Virus record (IMG/VR): IMGVR_UViG_2974671799_000001
Location: 64,001 to 128,000 of that record
Source: a virus
Lineage: Duplodnaviria; Caudoviricetes
DNA: 64,000 nucleotides
Strand: one strand, 5' to 3'
Shown here: positions 18,723 through 29,017 of the stretch, piece by piece
How the letters are laid out: every line of letters begins with the position of its first letter
How positions within the stretch are numbered: the stretch's first letter is position 1
The notes under the pieces: model-generated
Databases searched by the model: none
Told to the model about the DNA's origin: nothing
Seen by the model: the letters and a program-made list of their open reading frames with translations, nothing else
Position numbers and translations under genes: made by a program

Positions 18723-21500
18723 ATGGCATTAGAGGAAAGTTTAAATACGGGGAGCAACAGAAGTTCCTCAATTGATTACATATTTAATAATAAAGATGAA
18801 CATACTATAGAAGATGTTTATAAAGCCGTTGTTGGTGATAACGAAACATTATACGAAATAACTAAAAAGTCTGATAAAAAATTGGATATGATAGTTTCTT
18901 CTATTTCCGCTAGTAATTCATATTTAGCAAGTATCGAAGCACATTTAGCTATGGGTCAAAACTTCGATTCTATGGAAGCATTTAAACATGGTGCAATACT
19001 TAGTGTTGATTTAACAGCCGAGGGTGATGCAAAAGATTTTATGCAATCTCTTACAAAATTGGCTGAATTAGATGATATTCAATTAATATCTGTAGCAAAT
19101 GGCTTAGATAATATTGCATTATCACTAGATAAGATATTAGAAAAAGATTATTCAAAATCAAAGCCAATATTAACAACCATTGAAGCAATGGTTACGGGTC
19201 TTGTAAAACTTAATGAATCAATACCAAATTTCAAAATGATTGGTGGTATCGCGGCAGGTCTAGCACTTTTAGGTTTATCAATAGCAGGTTTTACAGCTTT
19301 AGTTGGTTTTGATTCAATCTTATTACTGGGTGCAACTTTTGGTGGATTGGCTTTAGTATCACATTTATTAAATGGTGTTAAGACAGATTTATTAAACGCA
19401 TCATTTGGAATTGCTACAATGGGTCTTTCTATTTGGGCTTTCACAGAACTTGTAAACCCATCAATGTTATTCGAATTTAGTGCATCACTTTTAGGATTAG
19501 GTACAGCAATAGCAATTTATGACGGTGCTTTCGGTAAGAGTTCTATGTCAGTTAGTAAATACCTTTTACAATTAGCTCTAGGTGTTGGCGGTCTTGGGTT
19601 GGCATTAATGCCTTACGATAATGTTGAATGGTCTTCTATTGCAAAAGCTTCTACAGCAATTACAGGTGTTGGTCTTGCAGGTTCTTTACTTAAAAAATCA
19701 AATCCTAAAGACGCTTTAACACTTGGAGCATTAGCATTATCAACAGGTGTTTTAGGTTTATCATTGATGTCTTTTAAAGATATAGCTATAGAAGATGTGA
19801 CTACAGCATTAATTGCTATGACTGGAATGGTTGGTGTTGGATATTTAGCGGGAAAATTAGGTAAAAACTCACTTATAGGTGCTTTAGCACTTGGTGGTAT
19901 AGGTCTTTCAATGATTGCTATAGCAAAAGGTTTAGATTCTATTAAAGGTTTAGGTCTTACATTAGATGATGCAGGTGTTATAGCAGGAACAATTGGATTG
20001 ACGGCAGGGGCTTTTAGTGCTTTGGGTATTCCTGTTGTTGCCGCTCTTATTGGTACTGGTGCTATTGTAGCATTAAGTATGGGTGCAGGTTTAGCAACAT
20101 TATCATGGGGATTGAATAAAGTAGCTACAGTAAACTTAGGTGTTGAACAAGCACAAAACTTCGCTGATAGTGTTATTTTGGTTAAAGATGCTATAGCGCA
20201 AATTGGTGAGAGTGGTGGTTTGACAAGTTTACTTTCGGGTATTGCTCAATCAGCTTTAATAACTGGTGCAACTTTACCACTAGTTTTAGCGGTTAATATG
20301 GTCAATAAAGTGAAAGCACCTAAAGAAGAAACATTAACAGGATTTAGTAATACTGTGATGAGGTTAAAAGATACATTCACACAATTTGGATTCTTAGACC
20401 TTGCTGAACTCGCCGCAGTTACACCAGTTATGCTTTTAATGGCAACAACAACTGTGGCATTAGGTGGTGCTATAAACTTATTCACGAAACTATCAACAAC
20501 AAAGGAAAATGTTGATAGTGCTGTATCTACACTAGATTCTTTCTTAATAGGTATTCATGCATCATTCGCAAAACATGATGATGAAAGTTTTGATGTTCTA
20601 AGAAAGGGTATCGATTCTACTATGAATCTAGGTCTATTACTGAAAAACCTTTCTATGGGTATTAATGAAATTAGTGTTCATATGAAAAATAATACTGATT
20701 TCAAAGGAATAGGTGAAAGTGTTGGTTCAATGTTGATGGCTTTAACAGACCCTTTAGCACAGATTGGAAGTCAAAAAGATAGTATTAGTATTGGTGGTTT
20801 CAATATAACAAATCCTTTTTCAAATAAGGTTGAAAATGGTATTGATGCACTTAGAAATATCGGTTCTGTATTCACTCCATTATCTGATATGGTTAAGATT
20901 TTTGCAAATGATACGGATGGAACATTAGTACAAAAGTTTGGAACAAATATAAGAGGTATTTTAGGAACGTTAAGTGAAGTATTCGTAGAGTTTCAAGATA
21001 CTGAAAATCAAGGAATGGAATTTCTTTATGAGGCTACTGATAACACATCATCATTTATAAAGACTTTAACAGGTGCTAATTATGAGGGTGCTAGTAAGGG
21101 TCTTAAATCTGTTTCAGCATCTACAGTTGTTATGAGAGATTCAATAAATAATATGGATTTGGAAAAGTTGTCTAAATTAAACGATTTATTCCATAATATG
21201 AATATGTTGAATGAGGGTGAAGGAATTGAAAAATTAGTAGAGGCTTTAGGAAATTTTGTTGAAGCATTAATGACAGCAAATAGTTCAACAGTTACTAATA
21301 ACAATAACGAGACAAACAAAACAACTAATAAAACAGAAAAAGGCGAATCTAAAGATATTAAACCTATAAAGGATATGGATGAATTAGCCAACGTTTTATC
21401 TAGTGGTAATACTGATATTGTAGAATCGTTAAGAGAGTTATTAGAATATTTACAAAGTGGTGATTTAACAGCTACTGTAGAAGTAAAAGAAGGTTTTTAA
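18723..21500 (+). CDS. tape-measure-like protein
   Basis: 925 aa; long A/G/L-rich amphipathic and hydrophobic helical repeats with charged ends; late promoter upstream. Confidence 0.65.
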   Translation: MALEESLNTGSNRSSSIDYIFNNKDEHTIEDVYKAVVGDNETLYEITKKSDKKLDMIVSSISASNSYLASIEAHLAMGQNFDSMEAFKHGAILSVDLTAEGDAKDFMQSLTKLAELDDIQLISVANGLDNIALSLDKILEKDYSKSKPILTTIEAMVTGLVKLNESIPNFKMIGGIAAGLALLGLSIAGFTALVGFDSILLLGATFGGLALVSHLLNGVKTDLLNASFGIATMGLSIWAFTELVNPSMLFEFSASLLGLGTAIAIYDGAFGKSSMSVSKYLLQLALGVGGLGLALMPYDNVEWSSIAKASTAITGVGLAGSLLKKSNPKDALTLGALALSTGVLGLSLMSFKDIAIEDVTTALIAMTGMVGVGYLAGKLGKNSLIGALALGGIGLSMIAIAKGLDSIKGLGLTLDDAGVIAGTIGLTAGAFSALGIPVVAALIGTGAIVALSMGAGLATLSWGLNKVATVNLGVEQAQNFADSVILVKDAIAQIGESGGLTSLLSGIAQSALITGATLPLVLAVNMVNKVKAPKEETLTGFSNTVMRLKDTFTQFGFLDLAELAAVTPVMLLMATTTVALGGAINLFTKLSTTKENVDSAVSTLDSFLIGIHASFAKHDDESFDVLRKGIDSTMNLGLLLKNLSMGINEISVHMKNNTDFKGIGESVGSMLMALTDPLAQIGSQKDSISIGGFNITNPFSNKVENGIDALRNIGSVFTPLSDMVKIFANDTDGTLVQKFGTNIRGILGTLSEVFVEFQDTENQGMEFLYEATDNTSSFIKTLTGANYEGASKGLKSVSASTVVMRDSINNMDLEKLSKLNDLFHNMNMLNEGEGIEKLVEALGNFVEALMTANSSTVTNNNNETNKTTNKTEKGESKDIKPIKDMDELANVLSSGNTDIVESLRELLEYLQSGDLTATVEVKEGF

Positions 21501-21519
21501 TTTTTAAATCGCAAATAAA

Positions 21520-21882
21520 ATGGAAGTAGTAGAATTTATTAAACAACATATACATTATATCCTAGTTTTAGGATATTTTGTATATTTAATGGTTATATTT
21601 AGAAGTAAAGAGTTAAGAAAGAACTTTTTACAAGCACATAAAGAGAAATCCGAGTATAGTTGGACTCGTTTTATGGGTACATTTATAGTTACAACGGCTA
21701 TGGTTATCGCCCTAACATCTTTATTGATGGGTAAAGAAGCTAATGTTACTTTAATTTCTTTAATGTTGGCTACAGCTTTTGGTGGCAAAGTTTTACAGAA
21801 AAGAACAGAAAACGGTGAAAGTATATTTACTTTTACAAAGAATAAAAAAGATAATACAGAAGATGATGAAAATACTAAGTAA
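21520..21882 (+). CDS. holin-like protein (3 TM)
   Basis: 120 aa, three hydrophobic helices, SWTRF loop, highly charged C-terminus. Confidence 0.65.
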   Translation: MEVVEFIKQHIHYILVLGYFVYLMVIFRSKELRKNFLQAHKEKSEYSWTRFMGTFIVTTAMVIALTSLLMGKEANVTLISLMLATAFGGKVLQKRTENGESIFTFTKNKKDNTEDDENTK

Positions 21883-22246
21883 TTTCACAATAAAGGATGT
21901 TCTTTACTTTTTGATACTTTTCGTGATTGGTTATTTTTTATATCAAAACTTAAACGGTGTTGATACTAAATATATGAAATCACTTGAAGACAAAAAAGTA
22001 GAATATCAAAATAGAATCGATTCTTTAAAGAATGTCGTTTCTAAAGGTAAGGACTCAATCAAAGTTTTTGATGAGAAGATTAAACGGTATGAAAAAGTAC
22101 TTGTTGAAAAGAATATTAAAATTAAAACTTTAAAGGATGAAATCAAATATAAAAAAGAAGTCATTAATAACAGCGATGTTAGTTTTTCTTATGACATTGT
22201 TTATAAACACCTCGACAGTATCAGCACAACAAATAAGAAAAATTAA
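21863..22246 (+). CDS. i-spanin-like protein (N-terminal TM + coiled coil)
   Basis: More likely start at ATGATG 21863 (MMKILSNF); TM VLYFLILFVIGYFLY followed by a K/E-rich coiled coil; follows the holin. Confidence 0.55.
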   Translation: MMKILSNFTIKDVLYFLILFVIGYFLYQNLNGVDTKYMKSLEDKKVEYQNRIDSLKNVVSKGKDSIKVFDEKIKRYEKVLVEKNIKIKTLKDEIKYKKEVINNSDVSFSYDIVYKHLDSISTTNKKN

Positions 22247-22574
22247 TAAAAACGAATTTGTAATTGATTCATTAGCATTAAAAGATTACGCTACACAAAT
22301 AGAAACGAATAAACGTTTAGAAAAATTAGTTCTTAGATATAGTTCAAAGGTTTTGACTTTGGAAACTTTAGTTGGTGACCTTAAAACACAAAACAAAATG
22401 TATCTAACAAATCAAAATCATTTAGAAAAAATAATTTCAACGAATGAGAAGAAAAATGATGTTGAAAACGAACTAGCAAAAGAGCGTTTGAGATTAACAC
22501 GAAGACAGCGAAACACCGCATATGTTATTACTGGCGCAACTATTATAGTCGCCACAATTTTACTAACAAAATAA
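22137..22574 (+). CDS. exported coiled-coil protein with C-terminal TM (atypical spanin partner)
   Basis: Signal-peptide-like N-terminus ending VSA-Q, coiled coil, C-terminal hydrophobic helix; overlaps the previous gene by 110 nt; no Cys. Confidence 0.5.
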   Translation: MKSNIKKKSLITAMLVFLMTLFINTSTVSAQQIRKINKNEFVIDSLALKDYATQIETNKRLEKLVLRYSSKVLTLETLVGDLKTQNKMYLTNQNHLEKIISTNEKKNDVENELAKERLRLTRRQRNTAYVITGATIIVATILLTK

Positions 22575-22609
22575 AAAAATCCGATTCAATTTTTGAATCG
22601 GATTTTTTT
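22573..22609. terminator. bidirectional intrinsic terminator
   Basis: AAAAAAATCCGATTCAA-TTT-TTGAATCGGATTTTTTT between convergent genes. Confidence 0.85.
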
Positions 22610-22610
22610 G

Positions 22611-22889
22611 TTATTGTAACCTTTGCACCATGAATTGAGGCATTCCAATAGGACTATTTGGGTCAATAGCTAAATTTCTAGAAAACTTTTTACATAGTTC
22701 GTTATACTCTCTAACGAACTCGTCGTCTCTAGATTGTTCTAATCTATTTCTTTGAATAGTTCTTTGCTCTTCTTCTGATAGTTGTATTCCTTTAGTCTCT
22801 TCTTGTAGAGCTTCCATTTTCACAACATCATTCTTAGCAACTCTTTTAGCTTTTTGTGTTCCAGTAGCTTTTTCACCTGATTTACTCAT
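22611..22889 (-). CDS. hypothetical protein (early, host-type promoter)
   Basis: 92 aa; TTTG(22947-50)-N20-TATATTTG(22919-26) upstream. Confidence 0.7.
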   Translation of the reverse strand: MSKSGEKATGTQKAKRVAKNDVVKMEALQEETKGIQLSEEEQRTIQRNRLEQSRDDEFVREYNELCKKFSRNLAIDPNSPIGMPQFMVQRLQ

Positions 22890-22966
22890 AATAATAAACG
22901 TTTAAAATTAATAAAGTGCAAATATATAACTATTCACACTTTATTCCAAATATTTTTGTCGAAAAA

Positions 22967-24013
22967 TTACCAAGTTCTCTCAATTAGTGTCCTAATCCAT
23001 TCGTCTGTATCAATACACTCATATTTATAATTCCCGATAATCCTTATTTCACCCATAACACCTTCACTTGTTGGTGTTGGTACAACATTACTAGAAGTAA
23101 CACCATAAATTTGTGAAGTGTGTGGTGGTAGTGTTGAACTTGAATTTTGTGTTAAATTACCATCCAAATCATGCCTAGTTGTACCATCTGTAGATAAAAA
23201 TTGTAAAGCTCTACTATTTATTATCCTCAAATTGTTACCAAAAATAACTTCTCTTGTTGTATTAAAATACACATCTTCTGTTAAAAACTCAATTCGATTA
23301 TCAGAAGATGATGCACCTTTTCTAAGCAGTATCGAATTATCCCAACTTAAACCAAAACCTAATATATCAGAATCCGTGTTGAATTTATCCCAATATGGAA
23401 ATTCATGAGGAACAGCTAAAGCACCTAACGCAACTAAAGCATCACCCATTTTTTGAAAATCGTTTAAAGCTGTATGTGTTGTTGACATTAAACCATACAT
23501 TCCACTTAATGTTTGAGTTAATGCAGGGTCGTTCGAAATAACACCATCAACATCTTTTCCAACTAGTATAATATCTAAATCAGTATAATCCGAATTTGTA
23601 GCAAAGTGAATATAATTTTCACGTTCAGTTCCATCAACTTTTCCCCTTTTCCATGATATTAATAATGATTCATCATCATGCATGAATTGACCCATTATGT
23701 TAACAGTTCCCAAGTTATGCTCAACTTCAATAATTGTACTAGCTACGGTATCAACTGTAGCCTCGAACGTTTTAGTTCCTTGAAAATTTATTACAGGTTT
23801 GAAATCGCTATTTGTGATACCACCATCAAAGAAGTAGTATTTTCTAATATTTTCGACATAAACTAACATACCATCATACCTAATACTTTCAGGTAATTGA
23901 GTATCAATTTGGTCTAATGCCGAGATATTATCATATTTATCTATAGGTTCAGCATTCGTTCTTTGAAAAGAAACTTTTAAATCCCTAACCTTTGTATTAT
24001 TATATCCTGCCAT
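22967..24013 (-). CDS. virion fibre/appendage-associated protein
   Basis: PIDK...RYDGMLVYV...YYF N-terminal module and HNLG motif typical of phage fibre proteins; late operon. Confidence 0.55.
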   Translation of the reverse strand: MAGYNNTKVRDLKVSFQRTNAEPIDKYDNISALDQIDTQLPESIRYDGMLVYVENIRKYYFFDGGITNSDFKPVINFQGTKTFEATVDTVASTIIEVEHNLGTVNIMGQFMHDDESLLISWKRGKVDGTERENYIHFATNSDYTDLDIILVGKDVDGVISNDPALTQTLSGMYGLMSTTHTALNDFQKMGDALVALGALAVPHEFPYWDKFNTDSDILGFGLSWDNSILLRKGASSSDNRIEFLTEDVYFNTTREVIFGNNLRIINSRALQFLSTDGTTRHDLDGNLTQNSSSTLPPHTSQIYGVTSSNVVPTPTSEGVMGEIRIIGNYKYECIDTDEWIRTLIERTW

Positions 24014-25287
24014 TATTCTATAATTTTTGTTGATTGTGTTGGTGTAAGCGAATTAACAACCCAAACCCTAAATTTATAATTTGTTGTAATATTTTCATAA
24101 TCAGAATGTTCTATACCTAAATCGATTGTTACATCATTTGAATAGAACTTTGTTTGTTTGAACGGTCTTCCGTGTTCAACTTTAGTTATAAAACCAACAT
24201 TTGAAACAATCCTAATTTGATTTGTTCCGACTTTATACACATCGAAATCACCATTCGGAACAACCAAAGCAGATTCACCATTTATTGAAACTTCATTTGT
24301 TGTTGATGAAAACATTATATCATTTATAGAATCGAAAGTTTTTTCAAATATCACCACCTCTAAAGTTTTAGCCTCTGTTAATACAGATGTTGTATTCATA
24401 TTAAAAACTGTATATGTGAAACCTGAACCAACACCCCAAGGTTTTATATTACTAACGGTTTGTGTATCGAAAGCACTTGAAATATCTTCACCATCCATCA
24501 TAATTGCAATATCTGCATTTTCTAATGGTAAAGCGAAGTTGATATCTGTAACATCTTTATCAATTTCCAAATAGAATTTATTAGCGAAGTCCAAAACATT
24601 CGGTACAGATTCTAGAATTTCTACATCTGTCATACTTGTAAAGTTAATACCGCTATTTCTAGAAATATTTGTTAAAATTGGTGGTTTTAAATCTAATGAT
24701 ACATCACTATTAATATCATTCGCATCACCAAAAATTCCAGTATTATCATCATTCCCGTGTGAATCTTCTTTAATTACAGAGCCTTGATAACTTATATTAA
24801 CATCCCATGATTGAATCCCTTCTAAAAGTTCAAAATTTGAAACAGTAAATATATTACCTGCTTGAACAACTGGTGTGTTTATACCACTACCCGAAAATGT
24901 ATAACTTGTTATACCTTCTGAATCATTTAATGTAACTATTGCTTCTAATACAACATCAACTTGTTTACCTGATTGTTTTAACTCATCTAAATTTTGTATA
25001 GAAAGTTGAACAGTTGGTTTTGTGTATGTTGGTGCAATCAGAGGGTTAAAAACCTCATCTAATATTTCATTAACAGTCTTACCATCAATATCTGTTCCTG
25101 CGGGAATACCACCGACATCATTAACTGTTGTTGTTGCTGAAAGGTTTTTTACTTTTAGTTTTTCTTCGACAAATTTTCTATTAATAGCATCTTCATCATG
25201 CTCTTCTCCTGAATTTACATCAGGAATCCTAGCATTTTTAATACTATTTTTGTTAAAATCTTTATGTTGTCTTACTTGTATATCCAT
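24013..25287 (-). CDS. virion structural protein (Ig-like/beta-rich)
   Basis: DAINRKFVE, VGGIPAGT...EILD...PTYTKPT motif common in phage fibre-base proteins. Confidence 0.55.
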   Translation of the reverse strand: MDIQVRQHKDFNKNSIKNARIPDVNSGEEHDEDAINRKFVEEKLKVKNLSATTTVNDVGGIPAGTDIDGKTVNEILDEVFNPLIAPTYTKPTVQLSIQNLDELKQSGKQVDVVLEAIVTLNDSEGITSYTFSGSGINTPVVQAGNIFTVSNFELLEGIQSWDVNISYQGSVIKEDSHGNDDNTGIFGDANDINSDVSLDLKPPILTNISRNSGINFTSMTDVEILESVPNVLDFANKFYLEIDKDVTDINFALPLENADIAIMMDGEDISSAFDTQTVSNIKPWGVGSGFTYTVFNMNTTSVLTEAKTLEVVIFEKTFDSINDIMFSSTTNEVSINGESALVVPNGDFDVYKVGTNQIRIVSNVGFITKVEHGRPFKQTKFYSNDVTIDLGIEHSDYENITTNYKFRVWVVNSLTPTQSTKIIE

Positions 25288-25288
25288 C

Positions 25289-25849
25289 TTATGAAATTAT
25301 TATAGTTCCACTTAAATCACCGTTCCATGTTAAAACGAATTGTGATGCGCTTGTTTTCTGTATTCCAACTTCCACATTCATACCATTTTCATCATAGATA
25401 TTACAAATAGCATCATTAATAGCATGGTCTATTGTGATAGTTCCTGTTACATCATTGAAATCAGATTTATATTTTGAAGTTGCACCTAATTGAAGCCATT
25501 TTTCGGGTGATGTTATCGGTGTTTCGGATGCTGTTGTGTTACTTATACATATGAACATATTAGCACCAACAGAAGCTGTCTCACCAAGTGTATATGCTTT
25601 TGCTGTGAATGGTTCAAATGTTGAAAGTGAATTACCATCACCTAATTTTGCCCAATGACTTATATCATCACCAATAGCACCATCTTTAAGATAATAAAGT
25701 GTTTTTTCATCTTTTACAAAGATAACCATGTTCGGTATGTTATAATCGGGGTCATTATTGACCGCAACAGATAAACTATCAACGTGTGTTTTTCCGTCCA
25801 TTGGTTGATTACTTTTAGACTCAACCCCACTAAATCCTAATGTTGACAT
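25289..25849 (-). CDS. virion protein with CBM5/12-like carbohydrate-binding module
   Basis: FTAKAYTLGETASVGANMFIC...P.....W pattern; N-terminal module resembles that of 22967..24013; TATAAATA at 25884-25891. Confidence 0.55.
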   Translation of the reverse strand: MSTLGFSGVESKSNQPMDGKTHVDSLSVAVNNDPDYNIPNMVIFVKDEKTLYYLKDGAIGDDISHWAKLGDGNSLSTFEPFTAKAYTLGETASVGANMFICISNTTASETPITSPEKWLQLGATSKYKSDFNDVTGTITIDHAINDAICNIYDENGMNVEVGIQKTSASQFVLTWNGDLSGTIIIS

Positions 25850-25912
25850 ATATTATATTTTTTGGTTTAATAATCTTTTACTTTATTTATACTTCGGAAC
25901 TTATTTAACAAA

Positions 25913-25941
25913 GAAAAGTCCATGCTAAACATGGACTTTTC
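25913..25941 (-). terminator. intrinsic terminator hairpin
   Basis: GAAAAGTCCATG-CTAAA-CATGGACTTTTC. Confidence 0.75.
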
Positions 25942-25991
25942 CTTAGATACGTTAAACGGTACACCGCCCTCCTTTCAGTTAAGGTTAAAAT

Positions 25992-26780
25992 TTATTTATT
26001 TTCTCTTTTTGCTCTATTATTTAATTGTTCTCTTAACATTGCTTGTTGCTTTTCGAACTCCTTTAAAGTTCCTTGACAATAAACAAATCCTGACTTTACA
26101 TTAAATTCAGCTTTAAATTTATTATAATGTGGTGCTAAAGCCATTAATTTAGCTTTAATTTCCTCACCTTTAAATTCTTCACCCATTTCAATATAAGTAC
26201 TTGCTGAAAAATCAATCATCATCATAACAGCAAACTCTTGAATACTTTCTCTAACCTCTGATGCGAAAGCAGATTCATCACTTTTTTTAATACCTAAAGT
26301 TTTAAGAATCATTTTTTGTGTTTTCTTCTCTAATGATGCATACAATTTATTACTTTCTTCTGTAAACATAGAGGTATAATTTGTCATACCTTCAACTGCA
26401 TCAAAAAGTGGTTGTAATAAGTTTTTTGCTTTTGAATTTCCTTTGAAAACGTGTTGTAATAAAATTCTAGGAGCATCATGAGCATTGTAAATATCACAAT
26501 CTTCATACATAGCTCGCATAGTTTTATCTAAACCAGTTCTCTCAAAAACATCTTTAAATAACTTTACAATAAATACACGTCTTAAATATGGTTCTAGTGT
26601 TTTCAATTGATTGATATCTTTGAAAGCATCTTCCATACCTTCACCAATCATTTTTGTTAATCCCGAATTTTCAATTTCTCCAATACATTCGTTTACTGAA
26701 CTTTCAAAAACAGCATCAACTTTTTTAAAATTTGCAGAACCTTCCAAAGATTCCTTAATATAGTCTCTAATATCTCTCAT
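25992..26780 (-). CDS. candidate internal head protein
   Basis: Likely start ATG 26780 (MRDIRDYIKES), 1 nt after the upstream stop; CTS-like leader. Confidence 0.65.
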   Translation of the reverse strand: MRDIRDYIKESLEGSANFKKVDAVFESSVNECIGEIENSGLTKMIGEGMEDAFKDINQLKTLEPYLRRVFIVKLFKDVFERTGLDKTMRAMYEDCDIYNAHDAPRILLQHVFKGNSKAKNLLQPLFDAVEGMTNYTSMFTEESNKLYASLEKKTQKMILKTLGIKKSDESAFASEVRESIQEFAVMMMIDFSASTYIEMGEEFKGEEIKAKLMALAPHYNKFKAEFNVKSGFVYCQGTLKEFEKQQAMLREQLNNRAKRENK

Positions 26781-26781
26781 T

Positions 26782-27594
26782 TTATTTATCCTCTTTAAAT
26801 CTTTCAATTAATCTTAATGTTTCGAATGATTCACCAGTACCCAATTTACCATGTGTATTGAAATCATCTGCAACCTCTTGTGCAACCTTTTTAGTTTTCC
26901 ACGCATTTAAAGCGTGTTCAGGTTTATATTTTTCACTATCATCAAAAATATCAATGATAACAAACTCGTTCCTATGGGTATCAAAAACACCAAAACCTTT
27001 AGGTTCATAATATCCAATCTTTTCACCTTTAGTGTTATAAGCTTGAACCTTAACACCACTCATTTTTTTGGCAACAAATCGTTTTCTATCTTTTGCACTT
27101 TCCAACATATCTAAAAGCTCATAACCGTTTACATTTCTATAAGCCTCATTTTGATAATATGTTTTTGTTGCATCGAACTCAAAAACATTTGAGTTTTCAT
27201 AGTTCTCAGCTATTTTAATAGCTTCTGAGCGACTTTCAGCGACCAAGTAAGGTAAATCTATACCATTTTCATTTTTAATCGTTATAACGTGTGATTTTGC
27301 TTCCAAAATAGCATCATTAATTGATTCTACAATATTGATATTGTAACCTCTTACATACATAAAGAAATCCTTTTTCGTAAGGTCTGTATAAACCATATAC
27401 TCAAATTCCTTATGATAATACTTAGCGATTACCTCTTTTTTGTTTTTAAGATAAACTAAATCATGATATTGACCTTCTTCATCTTTAGCCTCAACAGCTT
27501 TAACACCTTTTTCCTTAACAACTCTTTTAAGAAATAAATCCCAATCATATGTGTCAACAGGGAAGCTATATTTTAAAATATTTGATTTTTTCAT
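26782..27594 (-). CDS. candidate internal head protein
   Basis: 270 aa with IVES, ILEA and MLES putative prohead-protease sites; late operon. Confidence 0.55.
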   Translation of the reverse strand: MKKSNILKYSFPVDTYDWDLFLKRVVKEKGVKAVEAKDEEGQYHDLVYLKNKKEVIAKYYHKEFEYMVYTDLTKKDFFMYVRGYNINIVESINDAILEAKSHVITIKNENGIDLPYLVAESRSEAIKIAENYENSNVFEFDATKTYYQNEAYRNVNGYELLDMLESAKDRKRFVAKKMSGVKVQAYNTKGEKIGYYEPKGFGVFDTHRNEFVIIDIFDDSEKYKPEHALNAWKTKKVAQEVADDFNTHGKLGTGESFETLRLIERFKEDK

Positions 27595-28397
27595 TATATG
27601 CGTATTTTATCGAAGTTAATTAATGGTACTTTTAATCCGTTTGATTTGGCTAAAGACCTTAGTTTCTTTTGGTATCTGTTTTTGAAAGTAGCCACAAGTG
27701 TTGCTAATTCTTTATCATTTTTAGCAATCTTCATAAGTTGCGCCTTTTCGTCTCTCGCCTTTTTAGCTCTACCAGTTAGCTTTTTTGGTCTTGCACCCTC
27801 TGTAACTTCTTCCATTTCACATTCACAGTCTTCCATTTTACAAATTTCACAATCCATTTCCTCTCCTTCCATTACTGCCTTGCCTGATTTCACCATAATA
27901 TCATTTGATAACATACCTTTAATTACTATATCTAAAAGCTCATCATCAGATAAGTCATTTAAAGAATTATCTATACCTAAAGTTGTGTCTAAACCTTTAA
28001 CGTATTTTGCGATACTATATATAGTTGCGAAAATCAATCTATCAGTTTTTAAGTGCTTTTTAAACACTTTATGAACATTATCATTTTTCGGTTTTTTAAT
28101 AGCTCTTAACTCATCCATCATTTCGGGATATGCTAAATCATATACCCCTGATTTAAGGAAGTTTAAGAAAAGACCGTCTGTAAACACCATTCTCATGGAT
28201 GCTTCTTTAACAACTTTTATTAATTTCTGACTCTCTTCTTCTGAATATCTCTCGGAAATAGCGTCTAGAATCCGTTGTGGTTGTTCACCATTTGAAAAGT
28301 CTTCCATAATAGCTACAGACTCTTCAATACTAAATTTATTTTCCAACTCAGCACCTTTTAATGCTTTGTTGAAATTAACATATGTTTTTAAACTCAT
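27594..28397 (-). CDS. candidate internal head protein
   Basis: 267 aa; IEES, VMEG and VTEG sites; basic C-terminus. Confidence 0.55.
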   Translation of the reverse strand: MSLKTYVNFNKALKGAELENKFSIEESVAIMEDFSNGEQPQRILDAISERYSEEESQKLIKVVKEASMRMVFTDGLFLNFLKSGVYDLAYPEMMDELRAIKKPKNDNVHKVFKKHLKTDRLIFATIYSIAKYVKGLDTTLGIDNSLNDLSDDELLDIVIKGMLSNDIMVKSGKAVMEGEEMDCEICKMEDCECEMEEVTEGARPKKLTGRAKKARDEKAQLMKIAKNDKELATLVATFKNRYQKKLRSLAKSNGLKVPLINFDKIRI

Positions 28398-28399
28398 TT

Positions 28400-28738
28400 T
28401 TATTTCAATTTTTTGAACTTTGATAATTTCGATTCTTCGCGCCTCATTGTAGTAACAAGATAACTTATAACACTCTGTAATTTACCTCTTACAGATACAC
28501 TTCTAAAATAAACCACGAACTCATCATCACCGACTTGTTCTATTAAATATGGTAAACTTATTGCGATAGTTACTGTTGAAATCTTAACAACCACCGAAGC
28601 GAATTTCCCCGAAAAAGTAAAAACATCATATTGAACAAAACGAGCGTGTAATCTAGACTTTAACTCAGAAAAAATTTTATTTGAGAAGTCATTTTTCTCG
28701 AACATTTCATCATCCGATTTTACCTTATAGTTGTTCAT
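28400..28738 (-). CDS. hypothetical protein
   Basis: 112-aa ORF in the same operon. Confidence 0.65.
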   Translation of the reverse strand: MNNYKVKSDDEMFEKNDFSNKIFSELKSRLHARFVQYDVFTFSGKFASVVVKISTVTIAISLPYLIEQVGDDEFVVYFRSVSVRGKLQSVISYLVTTMRREESKLSKFKKLK

Positions 28739-28739
28739 G

Positions 28740-28994
28740 TTATTTGTGTATTGTTAATTTAAGTGTTTTATCATCATAGGTTAATTCATAATCTGAATCA
28801 GTAATTTCATCAGCAATTGACATTGCAACTTCTTCGGAAGTTGCATACATTCCACCATCCTTACCTTTCTTGAAATCTTCACCTTTTTTGAAACCTAGAC
28901 CTTTAAGAACTTCTTTCGCATCTTTAAAAGAAAGTTCTTTTGAAGATTCCGAAATTTCTAACTCTTCTTTAATGTAATGTGTTATGTCTCGCAT
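28740..28994 (-). CDS. candidate internal head protein
   Basis: MRDITHYIKEELEISES leader; TATAAATA at 29018-29025 upstream. Confidence 0.65.
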   Translation of the reverse strand: MRDITHYIKEELEISESSKELSFKDAKEVLKGLGFKKGEDFKKGKDGGMYATSEEVAMSIADEITDSDYELTYDDKTLKLTIHK

Positions 28995-29017
28995 TTTAAT
29001 ATAATTTTGGTTTTAAG

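Noticed and set aside
21779-21862. Track start (GTG 21779) of the i-spanin-like gene
   Set aside because: Would overlap the holin by more than 100 nt; ATGATG at 21863 places the TM helix near the N-terminus
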